Shown here in pieces: positions 62,340 to 64,000 of a DNA stretch of 64,000 bases; position 1 is the stretch's first letter; each line of letters opens with the position of its first letter. Source of the stretch: Gemmatimonadales bacterium. Lineage in GTDB: Bacteria; Gemmatimonadota; Gemmatimonadetes; Gemmatimonadales; GWC2-71-9. The notes under the pieces are model-generated. The model saw only the letters and a list, made by a program, of their open reading frames with translations. It was not told where the DNA came from and ran no database searches. Made by a program: the position numbers and the translations under genes. The stretch covers positions 64,001-128,000 of the forward strand of contig JBFJCP010000005.1 in the NCBI GenBank assembly GCA_041615815.1, in the 5' to 3' direction.

Positions 62340-63372
62340 GGTTGCGGGTGAGGCGTTCGAGACGGCCCGTAATCGGCGCCAGGCGGCCCAGGGCGGCAGC
62401 CTGGCGCAGCACGCTGCGGTGGTTCCGCGCCGGGTATCCAGACACGGTCTCGCCAGCCCCGATGTCTCCGATCACGCCTGCTTGCGCGGCGATCCGGGCG
62501 CCCCGACCCACGGTCAGATGGCCGGCCAGGCCCGCTTGGCCGCCCAGCAGCACATCGTCCTCGACAATCGTGCTGCCCCCGATGCCGACCTGTCCCATGA
62601 CCACGCAGCCTGTCCCCATGCGCACGTTGTGTCCAATCTGGACCAGGTTGTCGATCTTCGTGCCGTCCCCCACAACGGTGTCGTCGATCATGCCGCGATC
62701 AATGGTGGTATTGGCTCCCACCTCGACGTCGGCGGCCAGCACGCAGCCGCCCGTGTGGGGCAGTCGCTGCGCTCCTTGTGGGGTCGTGCGAAAACCGAAC
62801 CCGGACGAGCCGACCCGTGCCCCGGCATGCAGGACCACCCGATCCCCGAGCTTCACTCCACGATGCACGACTACCTGCGCACCGATGCGGCAGGCGTGAC
62901 CAACCACCACGTCATGCTCGAGGGTGGCGTGAGCACCGATCTGGCAGTCGTCCCCCAAGCGAACGCGCGCGCCCAGGACGGCCCATGGTCCGATGGCGAT
63001 CCGTCCGCTCCAGCGCACGCCGGGACCCAGGCGGGCCGACGGGTGGACGCCCCACGCCGGTGAGGGCTCCGGATCGAGCGCCGTGATCGTCTGTGCCATC
63101 GCGGCCAGGGGGTCAGGTACCACAATGCGGACAGCGGGCCCGGCGGCGACGTCCCGAAAGCGGGGACTCACCAACACCGCACCCGCCCTAGAGCGCTGAA
63201 AATACGGGAGATAGCGTTGCGAGACAAGAAACGCCACATCGCCGGGGCCAGCCCGTTCGAGGGAGGCGACCCCGGCGATGGATGTGTCAGCGCGACCAAT
63301 CAGCTCGCCGCCCAGGAGCGCAGCGAGGTCACCGGCGGTCCGCGGTCTGCTGGGGTGGGGAGACGACGCTAT
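62329..63372 (-). CDS. lpxD: UDP-3-O-acylglucosamine N-acyltransferase
   Basis: GFGF, ANTTIDRG, KIDNLVQIGHN, GHL; homology extends upstream of GTG 63237 and the start is uncertain (ATA 63372 proposed). Confidence 0.92.
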   Translation of the reverse strand: MASSPHPSRPRTAGDLAALLGGELIGRADTSIAGVASLERAGPGDVAFLVSQRYLPYFQRSRAGAVLVSPRFRDVAAGPAVRIVVPDPLAAMAQTITALDPEPSPAWGVHPSARLGPGVRWSGRIAIGPWAVLGARVRLGDDCQIGAHATLEHDVVVGHACRIGAQVVVHRGVKLGDRVVLHAGARVGSSGFGFRTTPQGAQRLPHTGGCVLAADVEVGANTTIDRGMIDDTVVGDGTKIDNLVQIGHNVRMGTGCVVMGQVGIGGSTIVEDDVLLGGQAGLAGHLTVGRGARIAAQAGVIGDIGAGETVSGYPARNHRSVLRQAAALGRLAPITGRLERLTRNHDE

Positions 63373-63926
63373 TGCTGAGTGCTCTGCTCGCCGCGCAGTC
63401 GGCGAATGATCGTCGGAGTGAGATCCAGGGCTCGGTCCGCCGCGATGATGTTGTTCCCGGGCGATGCCACGTCGAAGATCACGGCCAGGTTGCGTTCTGC
63501 CCGCACGCCGTCAATCACGGTTTGGATGCGTTCCTCGAGTGGGGCCACTAGCTCGGCGCGGCGTTCCTGGGCGCGTTGCTGGAGCTCACCGGAGCGCTGC
63601 TCGAACCGCTGCTGCATGCCGCGGATCTCCTGGAGCTTTTCCTGCCGAGCCGTGGGGCTTAACACGATCGATTGCTGGTCGAAATCGCGCACGACCGAGT
63701 CCAGCCGTACCTGGAGCGCTTCCACTTCCTTCTGGAAGACACCCATCTCCGATGTGAACGTGGATTCGGCGGCGGCGTACCCGGGAGTCTGCCGCAGGAT
63801 CACCTCAGAATTCAGGTACGCAATCCGCGCGTCATTCTGCGCTTGCTCCGTCGAACGCGCAGCAACGCTGGCGACGACGATCACGGCCAATACGGCCACT
63901 GCCCAACGGGCCATCTTACGCTCCAC
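63369..63926 (-). CDS. skp: OmpH/Skp periplasmic chaperone
   Basis: Signal peptide, IAYLNS, coiled coil, DLTPTII; between bamA and lpxD; AGGAG RBS before GTG 63926. Confidence 0.88.
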   Translation of the reverse strand: MERKMARWAVAVLAVIVVASVAARSTEQAQNDARIAYLNSEVILRQTPGYAAAESTFTSEMGVFQKEVEALQVRLDSVVRDFDQQSIVLSPTARQEKLQEIRGMQQRFEQRSGELQQRAQERRAELVAPLEERIQTVIDGVRAERNLAVIFDVASPGNNIIAADRALDLTPTIIRRLRGEQSTQQ

Positions 63927-63940
63927 TGTATGGTACTCCT

Positions 63941-64000
63941 CTAAAAGAAATTGCCGAGTTTGAAATGGAACTTCCATCCCGGCGCGGGATTCCCATCCTC
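63941..64000 (-). CDS. bamA: C-terminal end of an outer-membrane beta-barrel, probably BamA (partial)
   Basis: EDGNPAPGWKFHFKLGNFF-stop beta-signal; canonical bamA-skp-lpxD order. Confidence 0.7.
   Translation of the reverse strand, partial: EDGNPAPGWKFHFKLGNFF

Overview
GC-rich bacterial chromosome segment made almost entirely of core housekeeping and cell-envelope genes. The repertoire (LpxC-FabZ fusion, futalosine menaquinone genes, BshC, RpoN) suggests Gemmatimonadota or a related diderm; this is inference only. The strongest structural signal is that the window spans the replication terminus. Of 39 CDS left of about 37.2 kb, 38 are on +; all 29 CDS and 2 tRNAs to the right are on -. A near-canonical XerCD dif site (37283-37310) sits in the AT-rich gap where they converge, and xerD lies about 16 kb away. 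Left arm: sucD, PTS-EIIA/CBS fusion, ndk, yceD-rpmF-plsX-fabHDG-acpP-fabF, mqnEAC, purE, a GldA/F/G-like ABC module, a divergent secreted M24B enzyme, ispF, xerD, kdsB-pyrG-kdsA-kdsC-lptCAB-rpoN, a five-gene GT-C (YfhO) glycosylation cluster and dapF. Right arm: tRNA-Arg(CCU), apt, surE/pcm, DUF512-der-plsY-gpsA, tRNA-Gly(CCC), larC, thrC, uvrC, murJ, bshC with a coupled methyltransferase, rlmH, a Glu dehydrogenase and bamA-skp-lpxD-lpxC/fabZ-lpxA-lpxB-DUF374-lpxK. I saw no prophage, IS, CRISPR array or defence island. Best follow-up leads: an atypical Lpt module, an M24B metalloenzyme lacking three catalytic His, a sigma54-like site overlapping the sigma70 promoter of the rpoN operon, a candidate N-methyl-bacillithiol gene pair, leaderless promoters and non-canonical start codons. 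All family assignments come from motifs recognised by eye, not from database searches.
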